Assembly (NCBI GenBank): GCA_964016885.1
Contig: OZ024763.1
Coordinates: 20,522,001 to 20,586,000, forward strand
DNA: 64,000 nucleotides
Origin: Eledone cirrhosa
Lineage: Eukaryota
Direction of reading: 5' to 3'
Program-made: the position numbers and the translations under genes
Shown: positions 11,771 through 25,168 of the stretch, piece by piece
Position numbering within the stretch: the first letter of the stretch is position 1
Layout: every line of letters starts with the position of its first letter
Notes under the pieces: generated by a model
What the model saw: only the letters and a program-made list of their open reading frames with translations
What the model was told of the DNA's origin: nothing
Databases searched by the model: none

Positions 11771-12607
11771 TTAATATATATATATTATTATTTCTACTTT
11801 TGGCACAAGGCCAGCAATTATCCCAGTGCATTACTGGCACTTTATTTTATCGACCCCGTATGGATGAAAGGCAAAGTTGACCACGGTGGGATTTGAACTC
11901 AGAATGGCAAGGGCTGTAATTCTATGCTAGAAAGCATGGCATCCGACCCTCCACCGATACTGCCAATCCACCACCCTTATATATATATAATAGGACCCGT
12001 CCCACCGTAAAATGATGATGATGATGATGAATAGGGTATAAGTATCATAGGTGAAGAGGAAACAGAGATACAGAGAAGTGCGATACAGATTACTAAATGC
12101 CAATATATATGTTTGGTGGACACCGATCTGTCCAGCACCTTTGTCTACCAGCATATCATGAAAGAATTATACATCTTCTATCTATTTTATCCGAGGAGGA
12201 GATGTTTTGCTTTATGTTATACATAAAACTTTACATCCTCGAAATATATATAATGAAATAAATATAGATGATATAAAGTATACATCTTTCGTTTATTACT
12301 ATTATTATCTCATATAATATGGAATCTATGAGATTTTGATATTATTTATTTTGAGAACAATACCTTAACATCATTATGAGTGGCCGGTTACAGCTAGTTT
12401 GAACTGGAAGAGGTGAGAGAATTCTGGCTGGATACAGCTGGTGGCCCTACCATTAAAACACCTGAGAAACCTCCAAAGAGATGCACCCTTGTAGAAGCCC
12501 ATCTAAACCTATGTAGGTGTGATCTGTAACAACATGATAGGATTGTGGCCCCTATCATTAAAATAACCAAGAAACCTCCTGTGAGATACAACCTTATAGG
12601 CAGCTAG

Positions 12608-12834
12608 TTAACCCTTTAGCATTTAAACCGGCCATATCCGGCCAGAATTCTCTTACCTCTTTCTGTTCAAACCGGCCACACCTGGACACTTATAATGATG
12701 TTAAGGAATTGTTCACAAAATAAATAATATCAAAATCCCATAGATTCAATATTATGAGATAATTATGTGAAATAACGTGTTTACCATGAAAATACAATAG
12801 TAAATATAAAGTAATTTAAATGCTAAAGGGTTAA
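12608..12834. mobile_element. piggyBac-like MITE with TTAA target duplication; relatives at ~12230-12433, 18566-20330, 25526-25716
   Basis: TTAA|CCCTTTAGCATTTAAA ... TTTAAATGCTAAAGGG|TTAA. Confidence 0.85.
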
Positions 12835-12838
12835 ACCT

Positions 12839-12876
<38 letters not shown>

Positions 12877-14145
12877 CATCATCATTGTTTAACGTCTATC
12901 TTCCACGCTTGCATGGGTTAGGCGGTTTTGTTCCATTTGATGCGGTAATGGTCAGGAAACCATGTCTCACTCGCACAGAAGCTTTCTCTGGCAGGTTTTT
13001 TTTTTACAGCTGGATGCCCTTCCTAACACCAACCACATTTACAGTGTAGACTGGGAGCATTTTCGCCATGTCTCCTACATGACCACTTTACAGTGTGGAC
13101 TGGGAGCCTTTTTACTGTGTCTCCTACATGACCATCTTACAGTGTGGACTGGGAGCCTTATTACCGTGTCTCCTACACGACCACCTTACAGCGTGGACTG
13201 GGAGCCTTTTTACTGTGTCTCCTACACGACCACCTTACAGCGTGGACTGGGAGCCTTTTTACTGTGTCTCCTACACGACCACCTTACAGTGTGGACTGGG
13301 AGCCTTTTTACCGTGTCTCCTACACAACCACCTTACAGCGTGGACTGGGAGCCTTTTTACCGTGTCTCCTACACGACCACCTTACAGCGTGGACTGGGAG
13401 CCTTTTTACTGTGTCTCCTACATGACCACCTTACAGCGTGGACTGGGAGCCTTTTTACTGTGTCTCCTACATGACCATCTTACAGTGTGGACTGGGAGCC
13501 TTTTTACTGTGTCTCCTACACGACCACCTTACAGCGTGGACTGGGAGCCTTTTTACTGTGTCTCCTACACGACCACCTTACAGCGTGGACTGGGAGCCTT
13601 TTTACCGTGTCTCCTACATGACCACCTTACAGCGTGGACTGGGAGCCTTTTTACTGTGTCTCCTACATGACCACCTTACAGCGTGGACTGGGAGCCTTTT
13701 TACTGTGTCTCCTACATGACCATCTTACAGCGTGGACTGGGAGCCTTTTTACTGTGTCTCCTACACAACCACCTTACAGCGTGGACTGGGAGCCTTTTTA
13801 CCGTGTCTCCTACACGACCACCTTACAGCGTGGACTGGGAGCCTTTTTACCGTGTCTCCTAACGACCACCTTACAGTGTGGACTGGGAGCCTTTTTACCG
13901 TGACACAGTGGACAGAACGGAAAAGGGAGGATGGGGTAGGGTGTGTGGGGTGGGGTGTACATTGAGGTAAGAGGTGCCAACTGACTGTAGGTTTGTATGC
14001 AAGGGCAGTCGGGTCTTCTGTACAACTACATGGCACCAAAGGTCTCGATCCAGTGACATTGTCTTAGAGAGTTGTAAGTGAGCAAGGTCAGTTTTTATCA
14101 CCTCACCCCTTGATAGTTTCCATCAATTTTCATTGCCCTGCACTT
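12877..14145 (-). mobile_element. 3' fragment of an RTE LINE whose 3'UTR contains an expanded 49-bp minisatellite (~13030-13905)
   Basis: ~14000-14145 encodes KTDLAHLQLSKTMSLDRDLW, like the C-terminus of ORF 42717-44129. Unit TCCTACACGACCACCTTACAGCGTGGACTGGGAGCCTTTTTACTGTGTC. (CAT)n tail at 12877. Confidence 0.85.
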
Positions 14146-14207
14146 TTTTTATCTATCCTTCTCTCTATATCTCCAAAACCTTACCAAAACTATGCAAAGA
14201 ACAACAC

Positions 14208-14630
14208 ATGATGATGAAGATGGTAGTGGTGGTGATGGTGATGATGATGATGATGATAATGATCGTGATGATCATGATAATGGTGGTGATGATGATGATG
14301 ATAATGGTGGTGATGATGATGATGATAATGATAATGATGATCATGATAATGATGGTGATGATCATGATAATGATGGTGATGATCATGATAATGACGGTGA
14401 TGATCATGATAATGATGGTGATGATCATGATGATGATGGTGATCATGATGATGGTGATGATCATGATGATGATGGTGATGATCATGATGATGGTGATGAT
14501 GATGATGATGGTGGTGATGATGATGATAATGATGGTGATGATGGTGATAATGATGGTGATGATGGTGATGATGGAGATGATGATGATGATAATGATGATG
14601 GTGATGATGATGATAATGATGGTGATGATG
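14208..14630. repeat. (GAT/GGT)n trinucleotide low-complexity repeat
   Basis: Direct inspection. Confidence 0.95.
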
Positions 14631-14760
14631 AGTAAAAGCTGTTTTGAATTTTTCAAGAATGTCGTGCTAATGCAGTTTCATCTGATCTTCTTCGCCCATT
14701 AATTCCTGAGAGGGTCATGGGAGCAGAGTCCTGAAACACTCCTTCCAGCAGATCCTATCA

Positions 14761-16300
14761 GACCAGCTAAACCTACATGGATGTCAACTGTAATAACATG
14801 ATAGGTTTGTGGCCCCTATCATTAAAACACCCGAGAAACTGATGAAATGCAAGCTTATATGAGACCAGCTAAACCTACATGGATGTCAACTGTAACAACA
14901 TGATAGGTTTGTGGCCCCTATCATTAAAACACCCGAGAAACTGATGAAATGCAAGCTTATATGAGACCAGCTAAACCTACATGGGTGTCAACTGTAATAA
15001 CATGATAGGTTTGTGGCCCCTATCATTAAAACACCCGAGAAACTGATGAAATGCAAGCTTATATGAGACCAGCTAAACCTACATGGATGTCAACTGTAAT
15101 AACATGATAGGTTTGTGGCCCCTATCATTAAAACACCTGAGAAACTGATGAGATGCAAGCTTATATGAGACCAGCTAAACCTACATGGATGTCAACTGTA
15201 ATAACATGATAGGTTTGTGGCCCCTATCATTAAAACACCCAAGAAACTGATGAAATGCAAGTTTATATGAGACCAGCTAAACTTATGTGGGTGTCAACTG
15301 TAACAACATGATAGGTTTGTGGCCCCTATCATTAAAACACCTGAGAAACTAATGAGATGCAAGTTTATATGAGACCAGCTAAACCTACATGGATGTCAAC
15401 TGTAATAACATGATAGGTTTGTGGCCCCTATCATTAAAACACCTGAGAAACTAATGAGATGCAAGCTTATATGAGACCAGCTAAACAAACATGGGTGTTA
15501 ACTGTAATAACATGATAGGTTTGTGGCCCCTATCATTAAAACACCCGAGAAACTGATGAGATGCAAGCTTATATGAGACCAGCTAAACCTACATGGATGT
15601 CAACTGTAATAACATGATAGGTTTGTGGCCCCTATCATTAAAACACCCAAGAAACTGATGAAATGCAAGTTTATATGAGACCAGCTAAACTTATGTGGGT
15701 GTCAACTGTAACAACATGATAGGTTTGTGGCCCCTATCATTAAAACACCTGAGAAACTAATGAGATGCAAGTTTATATGAGACCAGCTAAACCTACATGG
15801 ATGTCAACTGTAATAACATGATAGGTTTGTGGCCCCTATCATTAAAACACCTGAGAAACTAATGAGATGCAAGCTTATATGAGACCAGCTAAACAAACAT
15901 GGGTGTTAACTGTAATAACATGATAGGTTTGTGGCCCCTATCATTAAAACACCCGAGAAACTGATGAGATGCAAGCTTATATGAGACCAGCTAAACCTAC
16001 ATGGATGTCAACTGTAATAACATGATAGGTTTGTGGCCCCTATCATTAAAACACCTGAGAAACTAATGAGATGCAAGCTTATATGAGACCAGCTAAACCT
16101 ACATTGGTGTGAGCTGTAACAACATGAGAGGACTGGGGTCCTTATCATTAAAAAACCAATGAAACCTCCTTATGAAATGCAACCTTGTATGAGGCCAGTT
16201 AAAACTACATAGGTGTGAGATATAACAACATGATAGGACTGGGTGTCCTTATCATTAAAACACAAATGAAATACAACCTTGAATGAAGCCAGCTAATAGA
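14761..16300. repeat. 102-bp tandem array (~13 homogeneous units plus a diverged tail)
   Basis: GACCAGCTAAACCTACATGG... recurs at 14761, 14863, 14965 and onward; each unit has the internal hairpin ATGATAGG..CCTATCAT. Confidence 0.92.
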
Positions 16301-16408
16301 TGAGAGCTGGAACAATAATAGATTTGATGAGAAAATCATGTATTTTTCTTACCTTTTTGCAGTTTATTTATAATATAATTTATAGGTAAGAGACAGACAC
16401 AGTCTCAT

Positions 16409-17378
16409 GAGTCATTTGCACATGGAAATATTTCAATTCAATGACAGTACAATGATTGATTCTAATCAATTTGATGTGATATGAGAAAGTGATTGCAGAA
16501 AACAAAGTCCAATAATGCTGCACATCATATTTTACATGTATGCTGATTATCTCAGTATAATTAGATAATGTTACAGCTGTTGGAGCATGGAAACATTGTT
16601 GGCTACATGGTGGCTTGCCATTATTAGCACCTGTGAGTTGCTGACAATGAGAGAGGAGTCATTTGCACATGGAAATATTTCAATTCAATGACAGTACAAT
16701 GATTGATTCCAATCAATTTGATGTGATATGAGAAAGTGATTGCAGAAAATAAAGTCCAATAATGCTGCACATCATATTTTACATGTATGCTGATTATCTC
16801 AGTATAATTAGATAATGTTACAGCTGTTGGAGCATGGAAACATTGTTGGCTACATGGTGGCTTGCCATTATTAGCACCTGTGAGTTGCTGACAATGAGAG
16901 AGGAGTCATTTGCACATGGAAATATTTCAATTCAATGACAGTACAATGATTGATTCCAATCAATTTGATGTGATATGAGAAAGTGATTGCAGAAAACAAA
17001 ATCCAATAATGCTGCACATCATATTTTACATGTATGCTGATTATCTCAGTATAATTAGATAATGTTACAGCTGTTGGAGCATGGAAACATGCCATTATTA
17101 GCACCTGTGAGTTGCTGACAATGAGAGAGGAGTCATTTGCACATGGAAATATTTCAATTCAATGACAGTACAATGATTGATTCCAATCAATTTGATGTGA
17201 TATGAGAAAGTGATTGCAGAAAACAAAGTCCAATAATGCTGCACATCATATTTTACATGCATGCTGATTATCTCAGTATAATTAGATAATGTTACAGCTG
17301 TTGGAGCATGGAAACATTGTTGGCTACATGGTGGCTTGCCATTATTAGCACCTGTGAGTTGCTGACAATGAGAGAGAA
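16409..17378. repeat. 247-bp tandem repeat, 4 copies (third copy has a 20-bp deletion)
   Basis: GAGTCATTTGCACATGG at 16409, 16656, 16903 and 17130. Confidence 0.92.
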
Positions 17379-18159
17379 CAATGCGAGTGAGACAGCTTGC
17401 CTTTATTTCTGCTCTGCTCCAGCCAATTCTCATACCTATGGCTAATAGTGATTGTTGTGGTTGTGGTTACAGCTCACATCTATGGAGGTTTTGCTGGCCT
17501 CTTACAAGGTTTTATCTCATAGGAGGTTTCACTAGGGTTTTACAGATAGGGGACCCTGGCCTATCATGATGTTACAGCACACACCTATGGAGGTTTAGCT
17601 GGCCTCCTACAAGGTTTTATCTCAAAGAAGGTTTCACTAGAGTTTTACAGACAGGGGACCCTGTCCTATTATATTGTTATTATAGAACATACCTATGGAT
17701 GTTTAGCTAGTCCCCTACAAGGTGTATTTCACAGGAGGTTTCAATAGTGTTTTAATGATAGGGTTCTTAATCCTATCATGTTGTTACAGCATACACCTAT
17801 GTAGGTTTAGGTGGCCTCCTATAAGCTTGTGTCTTATAGAAAGTTTCTCTGGTGTATCAATGATAGGGGCTCCAGTCTTAAGCAACATGAAATGAAGTAT
17901 CTTTGTCTTTATGTCCTATCATGTTGTTGTGCATCTCATAAGGTGTTTTAATGATAGGGGTTCCAGTCTGAAACAACATGAAAGGAAGTGTTTTGCCCTG
18001 TATCCTATTATGTTGTTGCAGATCAGACCTATGTAGGTTTAACTGGGCTCTAGAGAGGACAAATGTCTTAGTTTTCGCAGTACTCCAATAGTATCAGACA
18101 CACATCAGATGACAAGCACATTCCTACTTACCACCATAGGCACTGGAGACTTCTAGCAG

Positions 18160-18330
18160 TGAAGACTTCTGGTGTCCTTGGCCGTAGGTCTACCCCCCTA
18201 CTTACCACCACAGGCGCCGAGCTGGCCAGCCGCAGGTGTGAGCCTCACAAGATGGAATGGCTCTTCCAGCGCATCTCCCTTACCATCCGGGGAAATGCCT
18301 TCTCCATTCTGTCCACCTGGGCCGTGGGGC
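18160..18330 (+). pseudogene. Degenerate C-terminal fragment of a CRE-like (REL endonuclease) non-LTR element; similar remnant at ~46330-46480(-)
   Basis: EWLFQRISLTIRGNAFSIL resembles the FQRxSxxxQRGNA motif. Confidence 0.45.
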
Positions 18331-18565
18331 GGCCAGCACATGGGACCCCATTTGCTCACTATACAGAGAAATGGGGAGGGCGAGAGAGATGGAGGTGATG
18401 ACAGTGGGAGTTCGGCTCTTCCATGTTCCGACTCATTGGTGAAATATTATTCCAAAGCTGACAAGTCACCCAGTGGTACTGCTAGAGCAACAATATAAAA
18501 CACCAAAACACCTATGTACAAAATTCATTTATCTTTCACACGCTAATCACCTTACTGTCCCTTTC

Positions 18566-20330
18566 AACCCTTTAACATTTACATCACTCTATATATACTA
18601 TTGTATTTTCACTGTAAAGGCTTTACCTCACATAATATCTTACATAACATTTACATTACTCTATATATACTATTATATTTTCACAGTAAAGACTTTACCT
18701 CACATAATATCTCACATAACATTTACATTACTCTATATATACTATTGTATTTTCACAGTAAAGACTTTACCTCACATAATATCTCACATAACATTTACAT
18801 TACTCTATATATACTATTGTATTTTCACTGTAAAGGCTTTACCTCACATAATATCTCACATAACATTTACATTACTCTATATATACTATTGTATTTTCAC
18901 TGTAAAGGCTTTACCTCACATAATATCTCACATAACATTTACATTACTCTATATATACTATTGTATTTTCACGGTAAAGGCTTTACCTCACATAACATTT
19001 ACATTTCTGTAATATCTCACATAACATTTACATTACTCTATATATACTATTGTATTTTCACTGTAAAGGCTTTACCTCACATAATATCTCACATAACATT
19101 TACATTACTCTATATATACTATTGTATTTTCACTGTAAAGGCTTTACCTCACATAATATCTCACATAACATTTACATTACTCTATATATACTATTGTATT
19201 TTCACTGTAAAGGCTTTACCTCACATAATATCTCACATAACATTTACATTACTCTATATATACTATTGTATTTTCACGGTAAAGGCTTTACCTCACATAA
19301 CATTTACATTTCTGTAATATCTCACATAACATTTACATTACTCTATATATACTATTGTATTTTCACTGTAAAGGCTTTACCTCACATAATATCTCACATA
19401 ACATTTACATTACTCTATATATACTATTGTATTTTCATGGTAAAGGCTTTACCTCACATAATATTTACATTTCTGTAATATCTCACATAACATTTACATT
19501 ACTCTATATATACTATTGTATTTTCACAGTAAAGGCTTTACCTCACATAATATCTCACATAACATTTACATTACTCTATATATACTATTGTATTTTCACA
19601 GTAAAGGCTTTACCTCACATAATACCTCACATAACATTTACATTACTCTATATATACTATTTTCATGGTAAAGGCTTTACCTCACATGATTATCTCACAT
19701 AATATCAAAGCTATGAGATTTTGATTATTTATTTTATGTCAGGTGCTACTGGTAGCGTGAAACCCAGTACAACCTGTCGCATGGTTGGGTCATCAGCGAC
19801 TAAACCGGCAACCCCACCAAGCTTACTTGGTGAGGAGGGTGATTTTGGACACCCTGCAGGACAAAAAACAAAACCTGACAAAGGGTGGAAGAACTCATAA
19901 GAGTCAACGGTCATCTAAAAAAAAAATCCTGCCAAATCAATGGGTGGCAGTAGTTCCAGCTGCACACATCAAAAGACTGGTGTAGTGGTTCTAAGAACAA
20001 TGCGGCTTTGCAGATGATTAATGCAAATTGACAATGGAAAGGTGCTCCTGTTTGAGTTAGAAGAGAACTATTGACCTTCAGGAGAAGCAGCGACCCCTCA
20101 TTGTATTCAGCAACCAAAACAAATATGAAGTACACCAAATCCACAGCTCCTAGGGGCAGCCCTGGTTCTTCTTATTTGTGAGTGTAAATAAGAAGAACCA
20201 ACCAGATTAGATTAGATTATTTTGAGAACTATACCTTAACATCAGTATGAGTGGCCAGTTATGGCCAGTTTGAACAGAAAGAGGTGAGAGAATTCTGGCC
20301 AGATATGGCTGGTTTGAATGCTAAAGGGTT
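18566..20330. mobile_element. piggyBac-like MITE (inverted relative to 12608-12834) carrying a 72-bp tandem expansion (~18575-19700) and an unrelated insert
   Basis: Ends AACCCTTTAACATTT and AATGCTAAAGGGTT. Unit TAACATTTACATTACTCTATATATACTATTGTATTTTCACTGTAAAGGCTTTACCTCACATAATATCTCACA is complementary to the MITE interior. Confidence 0.75.
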
Positions 20331-20699
20331 CAGTTAGTATATATTAATTCATCAACTAACTCAGTAACATTCCTTTGTTTTACATCTCATCTCACTTCTA
20401 CGCCACATTATAACTACTAGAGGAAAAACCACCTTTCGGGTGGTTTTCTGCTAGCATGTGTAGTGTGTATGTTGATATTATACGCAAGTATATATGCATG
20501 TAGATATGATCAAATAAAATCGTAATTGACAATATACAATTCACAATATACACAGAAATTGAACGAAGACGTTATTACATTGTCTTATGTAATCAGTAAC
20601 GTAATCCATGATACATTAAAAAAAGGCGATATTATATATAAACTGTATTAAGGGAAAATTAGTGACAGAAAATTAGTATGTTTATTTAAGTGATCGCCA

Positions 20700-21033
20700 C
20701 CGGAAGTGTTGACATCACACACTCTCTATTTCTATATATATGGTAGTTGAAGTGGTGGTGGTGGTGGTGGCAACGATATACCAGAAGTGTTGACATAACA
20801 CACCCTCTATTTCTATATATATATGGTAGTAGAAGTGGTGGTGGTGGCAACGATATACCGGAAGTGTTGACATAACACACCCTCTATTTTTATATATATA
20901 TGGTAGTTGAAGTGGTGGTGGTGGCAACGATATACCGGAAGTGTTGACATAACACACCCTCTATTTCTATATATATATGGTAGTAGAAGTGGTGGTGGTG
21001 GTGGTGGTGGCGGCAACGATATACCGGAAGTGC
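20700..21033. repeat. 77-89-bp tandem repeat carrying CCGGAAGTG (ETS-type) motifs
   Basis: CCGGAAGTG at 20700, 20858, 20935 and 21024; variant CCAGAAGTG at 20781. Confidence 0.8.
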
Positions 21034-21909
21034 AACTTTGAAAAGAAGTCAATTTTAAATTATTTATTTTTACGAAATTTAGTAAATAAATTATGTAATA
21101 TTCATTCATTTAGGTCGGTGTTGGCAGTATCGGTAGAGGGCCGGACGCCATGCTTTGACGCATAGAGTTATGGTCCTTTATGATATGAGCTCAAATCCCG
21201 CCGCGGTTAACTTTGCCTTTCATCCTTACGGGGTCGATAAAATAAAGTACCAGTCACGCACTGGGGTCAATTTAATCGACTTTCCCCTCCCCCAAAATTG
21301 CCGGCCTTTTGCCTATATAAGAAACAATTATTTAGGTCGGTGAATTGGCAGTATCGTTAGAGGGTCGGACACCATGCTTTGCAGCACAGAGTTACGGCCC
21401 TTTATGGTCTGAGTTCAAATCCTGCCAAGCTTAACTTTGCCTTTCATCCTTACAGAGTCCAGAGTCGATAAAATAAAGTACCAGTAATGTACTGAGTAAT
21501 TGCTGGCCTTGTGCCTAAAGTAGAAACAATTATTTATTCAAAGTAATCCAACTTATTTTACTAATGGGATAAAAAAAAAATAAACCATACGCAGTCCCCC
21601 CCCCCCCCCCCCCCCCCCCCCCGCAGACCTTCTTTTATTATAGTTTAGATTTCTTGTTATTTTACTGTTGATAATTGCTGTTATTGTTATTTTAATCAGT
21701 AAAAATGGTGCCACTCATATTTATGGGTTTTCTGCTGGTTTCCATCTCATCTGAAGCTAAATAATGCTTCTTTGTTTATTTTATAATTCAGATGAAAGTT
21801 CATGTCAGTACAACTGAGTTTTGTTGTTGTTTTAGTTGTTGTTGTAGTGTTAGTATTGTTGTTTCTGTAGTGGTGGTGGTGGTGGTGGTTTTCTTTTCTT
21901 TTTCGATGT

Positions 21910-22028
21910 GAAGGAGCATGGTTTAGTGCTTAGAGGATTAGATTCACAACCGTGAGGATGTGAGTTCAATTCCTAGACCAGGCGACGTGTTATATCCTTA
22001 AGAAAAACACTTTATTTCATGTTGCTCT
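21910..22028 (+). mobile_element. tRNA/CORE-like SINE head (family B)
   Basis: TGGTTTAGTGCTTAGAG A box, GAGTTCAATTCC B box, then GTGTTATATCCTTAAGAAAAACACTTTATTTC. Confidence 0.7.
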
Positions 22029-22249
22029 TTCTGCCAGGAGTTGCAACCAGAAGATAGTATCAGCAATGGAAAGACCAATGGAAACATTGTTTCCTTGGTC
22101 AGATTTGATGAGGTCCACTTCACTTGGTGAGCGAATGAGGTCTGGGATCTTGTCAATCAATTCTACTATGTTGGGTTTTTTTTTAGCTTTAAAACAAGAA
22201 CGTAAAACTGGGGCCCCTATCAATAAAATATCTAAGACACCTCCTAGGG

Positions 22250-22449
22250 CAGGCATGTCAAACATGCAGCCCTTTACAAGAAGACCTGCGGCCCGCACAA
22301 AGATTTTTACAGCGTGAACATGTTTTATCTTCGTAATACAAAAAAATAAAATTAGTTGTAATGTGCGCAAATAGTTGTCATGTGTGGCCCTCAGACAACT
22401 CATATATGACCCATGTGGCCCTCGAGGGACCCTCAGTTTGACATGCCTG
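22250..22449. mobile_element. hAT (Charlie-like) MITE
   Basis: TIR CAGGCATGTCAAAC/GTTTGACATGCCTG; 8-bp TSD TCCTAGGG/TCTTAGGG. Confidence 0.8.
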
Positions 22450-24548
22450 TCTTAGGGGATGCAAACTTATAGGAGGCCAGCTGAAACCTACATAGGTGTG
22501 ACCTGTAACAACATGATAGGACGGAGGCCCTTCATCATTAAAACGCCTGAGAAACCTCCTATGAGTTACAACTTTATAGGAAGTCAGTGAAACCTACACA
22601 GGTGTGACCTGTAGCAACATAATAGGGTTCAGGCCCTTAATATTATAATAACCAAGAAACCTCCTATAAGATTCAAACTTTTAGGAAGCCAGCTAAACTG
22701 GCCTTCAGACAACACATATGTGACCAATGTGACTCTTGAGGGACCCTCAGTTTGACAAGCCTGTCCTAAGGGATGCAAACTTATAGGAGGCCAGCTAAAA
22801 CCTACATAGGTGTGAGCTGTAACAACAACAGCAACAACAACAGCAACAACAACAACAACAGCAATAACAACATGATAGAACTGTAATATTCACATTAATC
22901 ATGAGAATTATTTTCGGTTCAAAAGTAAATAACCTTCATGTAGATATTCTACGACAAACACCTCAGGTGTATTGTCGTTTATCAGGTGTCACAGTTCTGT
23001 GTCTGATTAACATTGAACATTGATCAATACAATCAAGGTTTTAAATATTTAGGCTGCATTCTAGAACATGTGCACGAGTTGTATATTGCTTTCTGTTTAC
23101 GCTATTTGCAGCTTTACTTGTAGCTACATTTAAATAATTGTTTCTACTTTAGGCTGTAACAATATGATAGGTCATAGGGCAAGACACTTCATTTCTTCTT
23201 TTAGATTGGAGCCCCTATCATTAAAACATCCAAAATGCACTCTTGTAGGAGACGAGCTAAAATCTACATAGGTGTGAGCTGTAACATGATAGGATAGGGG
23301 CCCCAATCATTAAAATAAGCAAGAAACCTACTCTGAGATGCAACCTTATAGGAGCCCAGCTAAACCTACATAGTTGTGAGCTGTAACATGATAGGTCTGG
23401 GGCCCTTATCATTGAAATACTTTGAGATACAACCTTATCTAAACCTACATAGGTGTGAGCTGTAACAACATGATAGGACTGTGGCCCCTATCATTAAAAC
23501 ATCTAAGAAACCAACAGGTAAGAGATCCAGGGGTAGACCCAGAGTGAGATGGTTGGATAACATCCTTGAACTATTTTAATAATAGGGGTCTGAACCCTAT
23601 TATGTTGCTACAAGTCACACCTGTGTAGGTTTCACTGACTTCCTATAAGGTTGTAACTCATAGGAGGTTTCTCAGGCGTTTTAATGATGAAGGGCCTCCA
23701 GTCTTATCGTGTTGTTACAAGTCAAACAACTGGATCAGTTGGAGACGGTTGCTTCTGACAGGACCCACTGGAAGAAGTGTTTGAGGACTCTGCTGGTCCC
23801 ACGACTCTCTCAGGAATAAGTGGGTGAAGAAGAACAATATAACAATTGGAGTGATACACAACTAGTTTTGTAGTTCTGTTAAGTAGGTGATAGCAACCTG
23901 ACAAAACAGTGACACTCCCATCCCACCCTCGCTATTTTTCAACAACACCCCCACCCCCACCCACCCACCTCGTTATTAAATTTTGCTTTAAATGGTAGCA
24001 TTCCTGCAACAATTAATTTTCTTTAGACATTAAAAAGTATGCATGACCTACCTCCCCAAAAAGGTACATTACTAGAAATCCCATATGTTATAAAATAAAT
24101 AGGATGGGCTGCGGAGTGAGGGTCTCAATAAGTAAACTAAACGACTAATTCTGGTTTTTTTTTTTTAAATCAACGAAGACAACCTAGAAATATTACTGAT
24201 GGTTATTCCACTACCCCCTATTATTTGGGACCCAAGAGTAATATTAACCTACTCAGTAATGAGAACAAATCATTATCTACATCAAAGGTTCCCAAAGTGG
24301 GCCTTATTGAGAAGGTCCAGGGCGCACTGGCGCCTGAGGTGGAGGTGGTAGAGATGATATAGTAATATATTGAATACTAAATGATATATATTATATAAAG
24401 TACCAGTAATACACTGGGCAATTGCTGGCCTTGTGCCTAACGTAGAAACAATTATATATAAATATAGTATAATAAAAGAAATATATAATATTTATTTATA
24501 CATGGTATATATATTATTTATTATATATAAATTAACGATTTTATTTAT

Positions 24549-24721
24549 ATACACCATTTTTCCAAGCATCAAAGACGCTACTTTTTCCCTAAAATAAGTC
24601 TCAAAAATCTACCATGCGTCCTGGGGCCAAAGGTTGTTATTATTTTTTTTCAAATTTTTGGTTGTCAAAGTTAGGGTGTGTCCTCAAGGACGAAGCGTCT
24701 TCGGCGCTGGGAAATACGGTA
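24549..24721. mobile_element. pogo/Tigger-like MITE
   Basis: TA-flanked imperfect TIRs CACCATTTTTCCAAGCATC..AAGACGC / GCGTCTTCGGCGCTGGGAAATACGG|TA. Confidence 0.5.
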
Positions 24722-25168
24722 TCATCCTCACCATCACCGTTTTACATCCGTTCTTCCACGCTAGCATGGGTTAGACGGGTTGTCCTGTTGTGGGCAGTGT
24801 CCGGTCGGCTGACCTTGTCTTGCTCATACGAGAACTGATTCTGGCTTGATTTCTACAGCTGGATGCTCTTCCTAACACCAACCTCATTTACAATGAGTGC
24901 TGGGAGCTTTTTCGTTGTGGCACCTCCACGACCACTTTACAGTGAGTGGTGGCTGCTTTTTTGCAGTGGCACCCTCCACGACCACTTTACAGTGGAATGA
25001 TAGGGACCCCAGTCCCTATCATCTCCTTTCTACAGCTGAGTAAACTGGAGCAATGTGAAATAAAGTGTCTTGCTCAAGGAAACAACACATCACCCAGTCC
25101 GAGAATTGAACTCACAACCTTTCGATTGCAAGGCCAATGCTCTAACCACTGAGCCTTGTGCCTTCACA
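24722..25168 (-). mobile_element. Full-length SINE family B (tRNA head + CORE-like + RTE-type tail); other copies at 33078-33425(-) and 36123-36520(-)
   Basis: Minus strand GGCTCAGTGGTTAGAGC A box, GAGTTCAATTC B box, GTGTTGTTTCCTTGAGCAAGACACTT, and an RTE-like 3' end with an (ATG)n tail. Confidence 0.85.

Noticed and set aside
14133-14702. Asp/His-rich or Met/Ile-rich ORFs, also those at 54716-57850 and the (TA/CA)n ORFs
   Set aside because: These are translations of simple repeats with no splice or domain support.
14761-16140. CTGATGA in the 102-bp unit as tandem hammerheads or a C/D box
   Set aside because: There is no properly placed stem II/GAAA/stem III, the motif is CTAATGA in several units, and it is absent from dispersed copies.
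21596-21622. Poly-C tract (G-quadruplex candidate)
   Set aside because: A simple homopolymer with unreliable length and no functional context.
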